DNA of 64,000 nucleotides, from contig JAFTZI010000007.1 in NCBI GenBank assembly GCA_017461055.1, positions 1,236 through 65,235 of the forward strand, read 5' to 3'. This document shows, in pieces, positions 45,017 through 53,081 of the stretch. How positions within the stretch are numbered: position 1 is the first letter of the stretch; each line of letters begins with the position of its first letter. The notes under the pieces are model-generated. The model was not told the DNA's origin and did not search any database. It saw nothing but the letters and a program-made list of their open reading frames with translations. The stretch is from Clostridia bacterium (lineage in GTDB: Bacteria; Bacillota; Clostridia; Oscillospirales; CAG-272). The position numbers were made by a program, and so were the translations under genes.

Positions 45017-46696
45017 CTAATTCTTAATTTCTTGTTTTTTAAACGGCACAAATATTGCAAGTAAGCAAATTACAAACCAAAAAGCAAAATTAGCAAGTCC
45101 TGCCCATACATTCAGCTGGGACGCAATTTGATATTGAGATGTATTGCTCAGCATAATTACATTGTTCATATATGCTTGTGAAATCACATATTCAACCTTA
45201 CTGCTAACGAATATTTCCATCATATAGTATGGAATAGGAGTGAACTTTAAGAATGCGAGGTCAGAAACCAGCATAATGCTTGAATATATCAAAGACAAAA
45301 ATACATCAAACAGAATACCTACAATTATTCCAAGAGCACCTTTTTTGCAGAGTGCGGACATCATAAATGCCAATGAAACAGCAAGCAAAAGTCTCATATT
45401 TGTAAGTACAATTGTGCCTAATGAAACTAAAAATGCGCTTGACTCTTTTACAATTCCATCACTGACTACCAGATTTGGTGCAAAAATATCTCCTATTCCG
45501 TTAATCATGACTGTAAAACCAAATGAAATAAAAGCATTTAGAATGTTCAATACAAACACAACAATCAAAATGGAAACGTATTTTGATAATAAAATTTTAT
45601 TTCTGCTGTGAGGCCGTATGAAAAGCAGTCTTGCAGAGCCGGAAGAAAATTCATTTGCAACAATCAAACCTGCAAGCACGACAGCAAAATACATAATTAA
45701 CTCTATATTGGATATCAATGTTGAATTGTATGTAGCTTTAGAGGATGATTCTTGAACAGATTGCGTTGGAATATTATTCAAAACTGAATATTTTAATACC
45801 ATAACAGCTTCTCGCTCATCATTAAGAGTTGTTTCCCATTGCTCAATGTAGTCCTCATAATCGTCATATTCTTCATAGTATATGGAATTAGTAGAAAATT
45901 CTTGCAAAGAAACCGGACCGTTATATGAAAGCATTTCTAAAACCATTGATTGCGCGACAGCCCATGAATGATATTTCCAGCTATTGTAATCAATGCTGTT
46001 ATCTTTTATGAACTTTAAAATCTCTAATGTGTCATCATAGCTTTCTAATGCTCGTTCATAGCTGAAAATTTCATATTTATATTCTTCGTTAAAAAGCTTG
46101 TTTGCCTTCAAATCCAGTAGGTAACTATCATATGCCTTTTTAGTTTCTAATAGGTCATTATAAATCTTTTCATAATAATCAGCTATTTCCGAGTCGATTA
46201 TTAAGCTCTCATACTCTTTTCGCTCGGTTGAAAGCAACTCGTATGCACTGCCATAGTCTAATTCCGTTACATTATCATCAAGACATGAGTCAAACAGTGA
46301 TTCCTTCGCCTCTTCTAATGTGACAGTACCGTCTCTTAAGCACTTATAAATATGCTCAGAAAGACAGAAATACAAATAGTCACCGTACATTGTACTATAT
46401 TGCCAAGATTCGTAGTCAAGACCATTACTTTGGAAAAATTCTAAAGTTTTCAAAGTAATTTCATAATAATCCCTTTCTAAACCGTCATTATAATCATCAA
46501 CCATTTCTTCATAATAAGCGATGTCGTCTTCAATGTCAAAAAATCCGCTTAAACCGTTGACTAATGCTGTTAATCCCTTGCTCAATAAGGGAACAAACAT
46601 AAACAGTACTACCATGATTATAATAAAAACCTTGTACGCAGTTTGAGCAAATATTTTAATCAATTCATTTTTAACTAAGTTAGAAAAGCTTTTCAT
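45017..46696 (-). CDS. ABC-2-type transporter permease with a large extracytoplasmic domain
   Basis: 559 aa. One N-terminal TM is followed by a roughly 300-aa acidic, Tyr-rich domain and then 5 TM. The ABC-2 motif NEFSSGSARLLFIRP is present. It overlaps the ATPase gene by 4 nt. Confidence 0.8.
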   Translation of the reverse strand: MKSFSNLVKNELIKIFAQTAYKVFIIIMVVLFMFVPLLSKGLTALVNGLSGFFDIEDDIAYYEEMVDDYNDGLERDYYEITLKTLEFFQSNGLDYESWQYSTMYGDYLYFCLSEHIYKCLRDGTVTLEEAKESLFDSCLDDNVTELDYGSAYELLSTERKEYESLIIDSEIADYYEKIYNDLLETKKAYDSYLLDLKANKLFNEEYKYEIFSYERALESYDDTLEILKFIKDNSIDYNSWKYHSWAVAQSMVLEMLSYNGPVSLQEFSTNSIYYEEYDDYEDYIEQWETTLNDEREAVMVLKYSVLNNIPTQSVQESSSKATYNSTLISNIELIMYFAVVLAGLIVANEFSSGSARLLFIRPHSRNKILLSKYVSILIVVFVLNILNAFISFGFTVMINGIGDIFAPNLVVSDGIVKESSAFLVSLGTIVLTNMRLLLAVSLAFMMSALCKKGALGIIVGILFDVFLSLIYSSIMLVSDLAFLKFTPIPYYMMEIFVSSKVEYVISQAYMNNVIMLSNTSQYQIASQLNVWAGLANFAFWFVICLLAIFVPFKKQEIKN

Positions 46697-47658
46697 ATTT
46701 TACTACCTCCCGACTCAGTAACCATTTGAATAAAAGCATCCTCAAGGGTTTTTTCGATAGGCGCAAATGCCTTGACGCGAACACCGCGTTCAAACAGCAT
46801 TGTCATAATTGTTTCGGCAACATCTTCGTCAACAGAAACCTTAAACGTGTTTTCGGCTATAATTTGATATTCAATTCCCTTTTCTTCAAATACACTTGAA
46901 GTAATTTCAGAATTGTCTACAATCAACTTATAGCTTGCTTTTTCCTCTCCGAAATGTCTAATTTGCTCCATAGTTTGTATTCCAACAATTCTACCGGAGT
47001 TGATAACTGCTACTCTGTCGCACAAAGAATCGAGCTCAGCAAGCAGATGGCTTGAAATTAAAACGGAAATCCCTTTCTCGTGAGCTAAATAAATCAAAAA
47101 ATCTCTGAATTGCTTTATTCCCTCAGGGTCAAGACCGTTTGTCGGCTCATCAAGAATTAATAGCTTCGGTGAATGAAGTAAAGCTTGTGCTATACCAAGC
47201 CTTTGCCTCATACCCAAAGAGTATTTAGAAATTTTTTCGTCAATTCTGTTACTTAAGCCTACGGATTTGATTGCCCATTCAAGTGTTTCCAAATTTATGT
47301 CATCATACATGCGATAATACTGCATCAAATTTTGTCTACCGGTTAGGTTTTTATACATTTCCGGATTTTCAACAATAGCCCCGACATTTCTTATAGCCTT
47401 TTCAAAGTCGTTTTTTACATCGTATCCACAAATTGTGACATTTCCGGCATCAATTTTGAGCAAACCAAGTGCAAGCTTAATTGTTGTTGTTTTTCCTGAA
47501 CCGTTTGGTCCTAACAAGCCCAGTATTTCACCCTTTTCAACATCAAAGCTGATATTATCTAATATTCGCCTTGAACCAAAGGATTTACATAAATTGTTTA
47601 TGGATAAAACGGGATTTTCTTTTTTGCTATTTTCATTAGCCACTATCATACCGTCCAT
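46693..47658 (-). CDS. ABC transporter ATP-binding protein
   Basis: Walker A is GPNGSGKTT, the signature is YSLGMRQRL and Walker B is LLILDEPTNGLD. The track start is a TTG inside the SD, so I trimmed to the ATG at 47658, which has GGAGGA 7 nt upstream. Confidence 0.9.
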   Translation of the reverse strand: MDGMIVANENSKKENPVLSINNLCKSFGSRRILDNISFDVEKGEILGLLGPNGSGKTTTIKLALGLLKIDAGNVTICGYDVKNDFEKAIRNVGAIVENPEMYKNLTGRQNLMQYYRMYDDINLETLEWAIKSVGLSNRIDEKISKYSLGMRQRLGIAQALLHSPKLLILDEPTNGLDPEGIKQFRDFLIYLAHEKGISVLISSHLLAELDSLCDRVAVINSGRIVGIQTMEQIRHFGEEKASYKLIVDNSEITSSVFEEKGIEYQIIAENTFKVSVDEDVAETIMTMLFERGVRVKAFAPIEKTLEDAFIQMVTESGGSKI

Positions 47659-47688
47659 AATAAATCCTCCCAATTATTTCTTATACTA

Positions 47689-47717
47689 ATAATAGCACAA
47701 ATAATGCAAATAGTCAA
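47689..47717 (-). promoter_or_regulatory. sigma-A-type promoter for the ABC-permease-GH3 operon
   Basis: The minus strand reads TTGACT (47712-47717), a 17-nt spacer, then TATTAT (47689-47694). It lies immediately downstream of the glnS terminator. Confidence 0.45.
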
Positions 47718-47752
47718 TAAAATATGCGTGCAGATTTAAAACATGCACGCAT
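47715..47752 (-). terminator. rho-independent terminator after glnS
   Basis: A 9-bp stem pairs atgcgtgca (47724-47732) with tgcacgcat (47744-47752). It is followed on the minus strand by ATTTTATT. Confidence 0.65.
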
Positions 47753-47757
47753 TATTT

Positions 47758-49410
47758 TTATTTTTTGGGATAGCTATCCTTCAAGCCAACTATTCTGTTA
47801 TAAGTGTTTGGATGCTTGGTATCCTTACAATAGTAACCGTTTCTTACAAACTGGAACTTTTCTCCATCATGAGCGTTTTCCATACATTTTTCAACCAACG
47901 CATTCTCAACTTTAACGAGAGAGGCTGGATTCAGATAATCATTATATGTTTTATCTTCAGGAATATCACTTAAGTTTTCAGTTGTAAACAGCTTATCGTA
48001 AAGCATTAAGTCAACCTTATCAGCATTGTTTGCGCTTAGCCAATGAATTGTTCCCTTTATCTTACGACCGTCAATTGGGTTACCGTTGCCAGATTCCAAA
48101 TCAGCAGTACACCTTATCTCAACAATTTCACCGTTGCCATCCTTAATGATTTCATTGCACTTGATAATATACGCACCCATCAAACGAACCTCGCCATCCG
48201 GCTTCAAACGGAAAAACTTTGGCGGTGGAACCTCTTCAAAGTCGCTTTTATCGATATAAATTTCACGTGTAAACATTAAATTTCTTGTTCCTGCAGATTC
48301 ATCATTCGGATTATTAGAAACAGGAAAATATTCAACCTTATTTTCATCATAGTTAGTAATAACGAGCTTTATTGGGTTAGACACACAAATTCTTCTAAGA
48401 GCTGTCATATTAAGCTCTTCTCTGATGCAATGCTCCAAAAGCTCAATATCAACTATACTATAAGCCTTTGCAACACCTGCTCTGCTAACAAAATCCAAAA
48501 TAGATGCAGGAGTATATCCGCGTCTTCTAAGACCGCAAAGCGTAGGCATTCTTGGGTCGTCCCAGCCATCAACCATGTTGTTCTCAACAAGATATCTTAA
48601 ATATCTCTTGCTCATAACAGTATAGGTCACATTGAGTCGCGCAAATTCTCTTTGCTTTGGCTTGTTTTCAAAGCCGATATTATCAACAACCCACTCGTAA
48701 AGAGGACGGTGATTCTCAAATTCCAAGGAGCAAAGTGAATGTGTAATTCCTTCTATTGCGTCCTGAATCGGATGAGCATAGTCATAAAGCGGATATATGC
48801 ACCACTTATCCCCCTGACGATGATGATGTGCCCTTAAAATTCTGTAAATTGCAGGGTCACGCATATTTATGTTAGGGGAGGACATGTCTATTTTAGCGCG
48901 CAAGGTCTTAGAACCGTCCGGGAACTCACCATTCTTCATTCTTTCAAACAAATCAAGGTTTTCCTCAACAGTTCTGTCTCTATATGGGCTATTTTTACCA
49001 GGCTCTGTTAATGTGCCTCTATACTCCTTCATTTCCTCCGCAGAAAGGTCACAAACATATGCTTTTCCGTCTTTAATTAATTTGATTGCGTACTCATAGC
49101 ACTTATCAAAATAATCAGAGCCGTAAAATACTCCACCGGTCGGCTCAGCGCCTAACCACTTCAAATCTTCATAAATGCTATTTACGTATTCAGTATCTTC
49201 TTTTGATGGTTTGGTATCATCATATCTTAAGTTAAATTCTCCACCATACTTTTTGGCAGTTTGTGCATTTATCCAAATAGCCTTAGCACTGCCGATATGA
49301 AGATATCCATTTGGCTCGGGTGGAAAGCGGGTATGGATTTTTCTCGAAAAGCCATTTGCTATATCTTCATCAATAATATCGTGAATAAAATTTGAATTCA
49401 TTTCTTCCAT
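47758..49410 (-). CDS. glnS: glutamine--tRNA ligase
   Basis: 550 aa. The HIGH region is PEPNGYLHIGSAK and the MSK motif is VMSKR, with a GlnRS-type anticodon-binding beta-barrel C-terminus. The start lies 9 nt after the gltX stop (TGA-GAGGTTTTT-ATG). Confidence 0.95.
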   Translation of the reverse strand: MEEMNSNFIHDIIDEDIANGFSRKIHTRFPPEPNGYLHIGSAKAIWINAQTAKKYGGEFNLRYDDTKPSKEDTEYVNSIYEDLKWLGAEPTGGVFYGSDYFDKCYEYAIKLIKDGKAYVCDLSAEEMKEYRGTLTEPGKNSPYRDRTVEENLDLFERMKNGEFPDGSKTLRAKIDMSSPNINMRDPAIYRILRAHHHRQGDKWCIYPLYDYAHPIQDAIEGITHSLCSLEFENHRPLYEWVVDNIGFENKPKQREFARLNVTYTVMSKRYLRYLVENNMVDGWDDPRMPTLCGLRRRGYTPASILDFVSRAGVAKAYSIVDIELLEHCIREELNMTALRRICVSNPIKLVITNYDENKVEYFPVSNNPNDESAGTRNLMFTREIYIDKSDFEEVPPPKFFRLKPDGEVRLMGAYIIKCNEIIKDGNGEIVEIRCTADLESGNGNPIDGRKIKGTIHWLSANNADKVDLMLYDKLFTTENLSDIPEDKTYNDYLNPASLVKVENALVEKCMENAHDGEKFQFVRNGYYCKDTKHPNTYNRIVGLKDSYPKK

Positions 49411-49419
49411 AAAAACCTC

Positions 49420-51066
49420 TCAAAGCGATTTAATCATTTCATTTACACGCTTAATTACAACATCATAACCTAAAATTTGCATTACGCTGTACATATCAGG
49501 GGAATTTAGCTTACCTGTTACAGCAAGTCTAATAAACATGCTTATATCTGAAACATTTCCCTTATATATTTCCGGATTTAGCTTGTAAGCCTTCATATCG
49601 GAAGCATAGCCAAGCATATCAGCTATATCCTTGATTTTTTCAAACCAAGCATTAGAATCATCTTCTATATTGAAGGTTTTAGCAAATTCAACAAGTGCAG
49701 ATTTAATATCGTTTGTGCCGAATTTATCAGAGTATTCATCATACACCTTGAAAAATTCATCGTAGAATAAATCAATATATCCTCTAACCTCTTTCCAAAG
49801 TGCAATATCCTTTCTTGGATTTTTGCCGCCTCGACCAATAGAAAATATTGCTTTTGTGTATTCAGGATTCTTAGTCATAGCCACGTAAAGTTCGCTATCA
49901 AATTCCTTAGCCCACTCAGATGACTGCTCATAAACATCCTCAGCACTCATTCTTGAAATTACATTCTTTGATACATCTAAAAGCTTAGCGTTATCAAACA
50001 ATGAACCTGCAGGATTCATTTTCTTATATGAAAACTTAAATTCATCTGCGGGAGTTAAAGGATTTGCTCTTCTCCAGTCCTCAAAGTTAGAGTTCAAAAT
50101 TGTAAGTAAATATTCGTAAAGGGATTTTACCGGATAACCCTCCTGCTTGTAGTAGGTTAAAGCAGCCTCAGGGTCCTTTCTCTTTGAAAGCTTACGCTTA
50201 GATTCGCCATCCATCTTCATCAGCGGACCTATATGCAAATATTTTGGAAGTTTAAAGCCAAGAGCTGAGAAAAGCTGAATATGGAACGGAAGTGTTGAAA
50301 GCCATTCATCTCCTCTTATTACATGAGTAGTTCTCATAAGATGGTCATCCACAGCGTGAGCAAAGTGGTAGGTAGGAATCCCATCAGATTTTAACAAAAC
50401 CATATCAACATCATTTTCTGTTAATTCAAGATTACCCTTTATATAGTCAGTAAACTTTATCTTGTTTTCAATTGAACCGGTTGAACGGAAGCGCAAAACC
50501 CAAGGCTTGCCGGCCTGTAACTGTTCTTCAACCTCTTCAGTTGAACGGTCACGCCAAATAGCCCATTTTCCGTAATAGCCAAAGTTTTCCTTGGACTTCT
50601 CCTGCTCCTCATGCATTTTTACAAGCTCTTCTTCGGTACAGAAGCAAGGATAAGCCTTACCTTCCTTAACGAGTCTTTTAGCATATACGTGATAAATATC
50701 CTCACGCATTCTTTGGCGGTACGGTCCATAATTGCCAAATTCACCTTCAGCCAATGCACCCTCATCAAAATTTACATTGTAGTATTTAACCGAGTCAACA
50801 AGAATTTGAATTGCGCCGGGAACCTCTCTCTTTTGGTCAGTATCCTCAACTCTCAGATAAAGAATACCACCGGATTGATGTGCAATTCTTTCAGCAGTAA
50901 TAGCCATAAGTAAATTACCGAGATGAACAAAGCCTGTGGGGCTTGGTGCCATTCTTGAGACAATTGCACCTTCAGGTAATTGTCTTTGAGGATATCTTTC
51001 CTCAAGCTCCTGTTCGGTTAAAGTTACATTTGGAAAAAGCAATTCTGCAATATAATTATAATCCAT
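49420..51066 (-). CDS. gltX: glutamate--tRNA ligase (long roughly 550-aa form)
   Basis: Motifs are PSPTGFVHLGN (HIGH-like) and KLSKR. The track start is a TTG inside the SD, so I trimmed to the ATG at 51066, which follows GAGGTG. Confidence 0.93.
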   Translation of the reverse strand: MDYNYIAELLFPNVTLTEQELEERYPQRQLPEGAIVSRMAPSPTGFVHLGNLLMAITAERIAHQSGGILYLRVEDTDQKREVPGAIQILVDSVKYYNVNFDEGALAEGEFGNYGPYRQRMREDIYHVYAKRLVKEGKAYPCFCTEEELVKMHEEQEKSKENFGYYGKWAIWRDRSTEEVEEQLQAGKPWVLRFRSTGSIENKIKFTDYIKGNLELTENDVDMVLLKSDGIPTYHFAHAVDDHLMRTTHVIRGDEWLSTLPFHIQLFSALGFKLPKYLHIGPLMKMDGESKRKLSKRKDPEAALTYYKQEGYPVKSLYEYLLTILNSNFEDWRRANPLTPADEFKFSYKKMNPAGSLFDNAKLLDVSKNVISRMSAEDVYEQSSEWAKEFDSELYVAMTKNPEYTKAIFSIGRGGKNPRKDIALWKEVRGYIDLFYDEFFKVYDEYSDKFGTNDIKSALVEFAKTFNIEDDSNAWFEKIKDIADMLGYASDMKAYKLNPEIYKGNVSDISMFIRLAVTGKLNSPDMYSVMQILGYDVVIKRVNEMIKSL

Positions 51067-51096
51067 ATTACACCTCAAAATTAATTTATCTAGATT

Positions 51097-51125
51097 ATTA
51101 TATCACGCAAATTTAAAATTGTCTA
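51097..51125 (-). promoter_or_regulatory. sigma-A promoter for gltX-glnS
   Basis: The minus strand reads TAGACA (51120-51125), a 17-nt spacer, then an extended -10 TGaTATAAT (-10 at 51097-51102). Confidence 0.5.
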
Positions 51126-51144
51126 TATTTTTTAAAAATATTAT

Positions 51145-51181
51145 CAAAAAAAGTATCTAACCTAAAATCCAGGTTAGATAC
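51145..51181 (-). terminator. rho-independent terminator closing the glycogen operon
   Basis: A 10-bp stem pairs gtatctaacc (51153-51162) with ggttagatac (51172-51181). It is followed on the minus strand by TTTTTTT and begins 4 nt after the stop at 51186. Confidence 0.65.
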
Positions 51182-51185
51182 AATT

Positions 51186-53078
51186 TCATTTGTAAAATTC
51201 TATTCTTGCGTTAGTATACGGACAATTTCCCTTTAAGATATAGGAGCATCCCGGATTAAATACCTTTATTGCTCTACCTGTATCATAGCTTTTTAAGTCT
51301 ATATCGGAATCTAAATGATATTTATCTTTGCCACGATTGATAACCGTTATTACAAAGCTATTATCGTCAAACCTAACAAAGGCAAGAATGTCAGAGTTAC
51401 ATTCTACTATCTCAAAATAACCGTTCTTAAATATAGGCTCTTTTCGTCTTATATCTCCAATTTTCTTGTAGAAGTCAAGCAGATCCTTGTCCTCTTTCCC
51501 CCATGGATACGGAAGGCGGTTAAATGGGTCTCGATAGCCCTCCATACCGGCTTCATCTCCATAGTAGATACAAGGAACACCTGGGACTGTTGCAATTATC
51601 GCATAGCACAGCTTAAGCAGTTCTATTGCATTTTTTCTTTCGTTTGGTGTCATTTTTTTAGTAGAAAGCTCCTTGTTTGTATAGCCTTCACCGTCCTCGC
51701 CACCCAAAACGGTCAATATTCTTTCCGTGTCGTGTGTGCCAAGCAAATTCATTAGTAAGTCGGCATTATGCTTTGGATAGTGAGAATACAGCATCATACA
51801 AGTATCATAAAAGCTATCGCAATTACCGTATTTAACGTAATTAATAACCGCTTCTCTTAATGGGTAATTCATTACCGAATCAAGCTCATTTCCAAGGAAA
51901 TATTTCTTTCTCTTATCATAAGCTATTTTGTTGGAAGCATCCTCCCAAACCTCGCCATATATAATGCCATCGGGATTAATGGATTTTAGCTTTTTATTAA
52001 GAATTTTTAAGAAATCGTCACTTAATTCATCTGCAACATCGAGTCTAAAGCCATCAATTCCTTTTTTCATCCATTTTTCAACGACTCCGCCATCACCAAG
52101 AATAAATTTTTGATAGCTTGGACAATTACTATTTACTCGTGGCAAAATTTTAACTCCCCACCAGCACTCATACACATCAGGGTAACTGCTAAAATTATAC
52201 CATTCATAATACGGGGAATTCTTAGATTGATATGCACCTACCGAATCATATGTTCCGTTTTTATTGAAATATATGCTATCGGCTCCGGTGTGGTTAAATA
52301 CACCGTCGAAAATAATATGAATATCTCTTGATTTACATTCTTTTATAAGCTCTTCCAAAGCCTTTTCTGACCCAAACATAGAGTCAACAGACATATAATC
52401 GCCCGTATCATATTTATGGTTAGAATAGGCATCAAAAATCGGGCTTAAATATAAGCATGTTACTCCTAAGCTTTTAATATAGTCTAATTTTTCGATTATG
52501 CCATACAAATCGCCGCCGAAAAACATATTGTTTTCAACGTAACCGCCGGGAACATCGGCAAACTGAGGAATTCCGTTGTACCAATCTTCATTTAAAACCA
52601 CATTATCTTTTGGCTTGCATTTTCCGCTTTTATTAAATCTATCAACAAAAATATGGTACATAATTCCGCCATGCATCCATTTGGCACAGCTGCTTTTTTC
52701 TTGGTAAATTAACAGCTGTATCATACCGCTGTCGTTCTTATCCATTAAAGACAACTCACCGGTTTTCTTTCCTACACCTAAAAAAATGCTTTTGGGAGAA
52801 TCAATTTCGTACTTATAGTAGTACAAGCCAACACCGATTTTCGCCATATCGATTATGCAAGTGTAAATATCAAATGAGCCCTCAATGCTTTCCCATTCGA
52901 AATCAAATCTCTTGTATAGCTTATTTTCGAGACCCTCTCCGCAAAGGTGCATGCAAACCTCGCTTGCACCACACCTTCTCGGAATTTTAAGTTTGAACAA
53001 AACCTTATCGTCATATGAAAATGCACCAAAGGATGAAAAATCTTTATCGTGTATAAATTTTCTTTCGCAAAATTTCAT
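51186..53078 (-). CDS. GH13 alpha-glucan hydrolase (neopullulanase/cyclomaltodextrinase-like)
   Basis: 630 aa with the GH13 conserved regions DGFRLDVADE, GEVWED and LLGTHDTER. It is the last gene of the glg operon, 3 nt after glgP. Confidence 0.88.
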   Translation of the reverse strand: MKFCERKFIHDKDFSSFGAFSYDDKVLFKLKIPRRCGASEVCMHLCGEGLENKLYKRFDFEWESIEGSFDIYTCIIDMAKIGVGLYYYKYEIDSPKSIFLGVGKKTGELSLMDKNDSGMIQLLIYQEKSSCAKWMHGGIMYHIFVDRFNKSGKCKPKDNVVLNEDWYNGIPQFADVPGGYVENNMFFGGDLYGIIEKLDYIKSLGVTCLYLSPIFDAYSNHKYDTGDYMSVDSMFGSEKALEELIKECKSRDIHIIFDGVFNHTGADSIYFNKNGTYDSVGAYQSKNSPYYEWYNFSSYPDVYECWWGVKILPRVNSNCPSYQKFILGDGGVVEKWMKKGIDGFRLDVADELSDDFLKILNKKLKSINPDGIIYGEVWEDASNKIAYDKRKKYFLGNELDSVMNYPLREAVINYVKYGNCDSFYDTCMMLYSHYPKHNADLLMNLLGTHDTERILTVLGGEDGEGYTNKELSTKKMTPNERKNAIELLKLCYAIIATVPGVPCIYYGDEAGMEGYRDPFNRLPYPWGKEDKDLLDFYKKIGDIRRKEPIFKNGYFEIVECNSDILAFVRFDDNSFVITVINRGKDKYHLDSDIDLKSYDTGRAIKVFNPGCSYILKGNCPYTNARIEFYK

Positions 53079-53081
53079 TGA

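Noticed and set aside
47724-47973. Two plus-strand ORFs (63 and 76 aa) starting in the glnS terminator region.
   Set aside because: They begin inside the terminator hairpin and run antisense to the glnS 3' end. Their translations look like junk.
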